Shown: one piece after another, positions 62,698 to 64,000 of the stretch
Layout: every line of letters starts with the position of its first letter
Position numbering within the stretch: the stretch's first letter is position 1
Assembly: GCA_944380355.1 (NCBI GenBank)
Contig: CALWHJ010000001.1
Location: 214,739-278,738, forward strand
Length of the DNA stretch: 64,000 nt
Direction of reading: 5' to 3'
From: an uncultured Christensenellaceae bacterium
GTDB lineage: Bacteria > Bacillota > Clostridia > Christensenellales > UBA3700
Notes under the pieces: generated by a model
Databases searched by the model: none
Told to the model about the DNA's origin: nothing
What the model saw: the letters and a program-made list of their open reading frames with translations, nothing else
Made by a program: the position numbers and the translations under genes

Positions 62698-63231
62698 ATG
62701 GATTTCGGTATAAAATTGAAACAACTGCGCTTGCAATGCTCGCTTACGCAAGAGGAACTTGCCGACAGATGCGAGTTGACCAAGGGCTATATCTCTCAGC
62801 TCGAAAACAACCTGACCTCGCCCTCTATCGCAACGCTTACTGACATACTTGCGGTACTCGGAAGCGACCTCAAGTCGTTTTTCGACGAGGACGTCGAAGA
62901 AAAAATCGTATTCGACGAAAACGACTTCTTCGAGAAAGAAGACGACGGAGAAACGATTACGTGGCTGGTACCAAACAGTCTTAAAAACGAGATGGAACCG
63001 ATATTGCTCACTCTGCTTCCCGGCGTAGATACGACAGTAGATATGCCCCACGAAGGTGAAGAATTCGGATACGTGCTGTCAGGTGAAGCCGTACTCCACA
63101 TAGGCAAAAAGAGTTATACGATAAAGCAAGGCAATTCTTTTTACTTTACGTCCAACAAACGTCACTATATAGAAAACAAGGGCAACGAAACGGCAAAGAT
63201 TCTGTGGGTATCCAGCCCTCCTACGTTCTGA
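62698..63231 (+). CDS. XRE-family HTH plus cupin-domain transcriptional regulator (PuuR-like architecture)
   Basis: 177-aa ORF with an N-terminal HTH_3 domain (QEELADRCELTKGYISQLEN) and a C-terminal cupin domain (HEGEEFGYVLSGEA...). Confidence 0.85.
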   Translation: MDFGIKLKQLRLQCSLTQEELADRCELTKGYISQLENNLTSPSIATLTDILAVLGSDLKSFFDEDVEEKIVFDENDFFEKEDDGETITWLVPNSLKNEMEPILLTLLPGVDTTVDMPHEGEEFGYVLSGEAVLHIGKKSYTIKQGNSFYFTSNKRHYIENKGNETAKILWVSSPPTF

Positions 63232-63266
63232 TAACGTCTTAAAATTATTCGGGAGATTAGATTACT

Positions 63267-64000
63267 ATGGAAAAAGAGACTAAAAAAACAACATCGGCAA
63301 AGAAAAACGAAATAAAGAGCGAGAGGGAGGAAAAGTCCGTCAAAAAGCAACCCGCAAAAACGGCTGATAAAAAAACCGCTCAGAAACCCGCTGCTAAAAA
63401 AGACTCTGCCAAATCCGCTCAAAAGGCTTCTGCCGCTAAGCCCAAAAAGGATAATTTTATAAAAGAACTTATCAAAGAAGTTTCCAAGAAGAATACCAAA
63501 ACGGTCGAAGAAAATCCCAGCGAATACATTATCGAGCTTCAGGGACTGACCAAACAGTACGGCAACAAAACCGTAGTCAACGATATGAATCTCAAAATCA
63601 AAAAAGGAGAGTTCGTAACTTTCCTCGGCCCCTCCGGCTGCGGTAAGACGACTACCCTCAGAATGATTGCGGGATTTGAGATTCCTACCTCGGGAAAGGT
63701 GCTTTTCGACGGAAAGGATATAGCTAAGCTTCCTCCTCACAAAAGACCCGTCAATACCGTATTCCAAAAATACGCGCTCTTCCCTCATCTCAACGTTTTC
63801 AACAATATAGCGTTCGGTCTCAAACTCAAGAAAATCGACGTTACTTACACAAAGAAGACGGGCGAAAAGGCAATCTGCCAGGTAAAACTCAAAAACTTCC
63901 TCGTTGACCCTGCTACGGGCGTACCCGATTTTTCCATTGCCGATAAGGATTATTTCTCCTATGCCGACAAGGGTTACGTAAAACTCTGCAAAGTCAAAAA
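63267..64000 (+). CDS. potA: spermidine/putrescine-type ABC importer ATPase (PotA-like), 3'-truncated by the window end, with a Lys-rich N-terminal extension
   Basis: The reading frame is open from ATG 63267 to the window edge and is not in the ORF track because it has no stop. Walker A is GPSGCGKTT, with RMIAGFE and [10 protein letters not shown]. It is preceded by ~90 aa of K/A/T/S-rich sequence. Confidence 0.8.
   Translation, partial: MEKETKKTTSAKKNEIKSEREEKSVKKQPAKTADKKTAQKPAAKKDSAKSAQKASAAKPKKDNFIKELIKEVSKKNTKTVEENPSEYIIELQGLTKQYGNKTVVNDMNLKIKKGEFVTFLGPSGCGKTTTLRMIAGFEIPTSGKVLFDGKDIAKLPPHKRPVNTVFQKYALFPHLNVFNNIAFGLKLKKIDVTYTKKTGEKAICQVKLKNFLVDPATGVPDFSIADKDYFSYADKGYVKLCKVK

Noticed and set aside
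1-64000. Search for mobile elements, prophage, defence islands (RM, Abi, CBASS, retron, toxin-antitoxin), rRNA and tRNA genes.
   Set aside because: I recognised no transposase, integrase, recombinase, reverse transcriptase, nuclease/helicase defence signature, phage structural gene, tRNA cloverleaf or rRNA sequence. The only repeat family present (11899-12576, 46584-46931) carries no coding capacity.

Overview
This 64-kb segment reads like a low/mid-GC Firmicutes (Clostridia-type) chromosome. I support about 50 protein-coding genes, mostly housekeeping, transport and regulation. Named calls include proS, split transketolase, nrdDG, luxS, a cysK-like gene, xpt, dut, rubredoxin, trpB2 and a partial potA. 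There are also two OmpR/histidine-kinase pairs, an ECF sigma operon, a CsoR-family repressor with a Zn/Cd-type P-type ATPase, a BMP-type nucleoside ABC operon, two fused ABC-ATPase/FtsX genes, SNF and ClC transporters, and two GPH symporters each coupled to a phosphoesterase. A COG0523 metallochaperone pair and three tandem GH30-like glycosidases complete the set. I recognised no rRNA, tRNA, CRISPR array, transposase, integrase, phage module or canonical defence system. Supported regulatory RNA and DNA sites are a Trp-specifier T-box leader upstream of trpB2, NrdR boxes upstream of nrdD, a CsoR-type GC palindrome operator, several near-consensus sigma-70 promoters and many hairpin terminators. 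The most unusual content is an unannotated, hairpin-rich, modular noncoding repeat family. It has two ~0.3-kb copies (11899-12210 and 46584-46931) plus a tandem array of its 5' arm module (12226-12576). It behaves either as a structured RNA or as a BOX/MITE-like element, and I could not assign it to a known family. Secondary points of interest:
- Mosaic (gene-conversion-like) structure of the three GH30 paralogs.
- A 5 x 48-bp His/Cys-coding tandem repeat in the COG0523 GTPase, next to a CobW-N/DUF1980-C fusion.
- A terminator-containing ~250-nt leader of the nucleoside ABC operon.
- Lys/Ala/Thr-rich tails on ABC ATPases.

All functional calls come from reading motifs in the translations. No database search was run.
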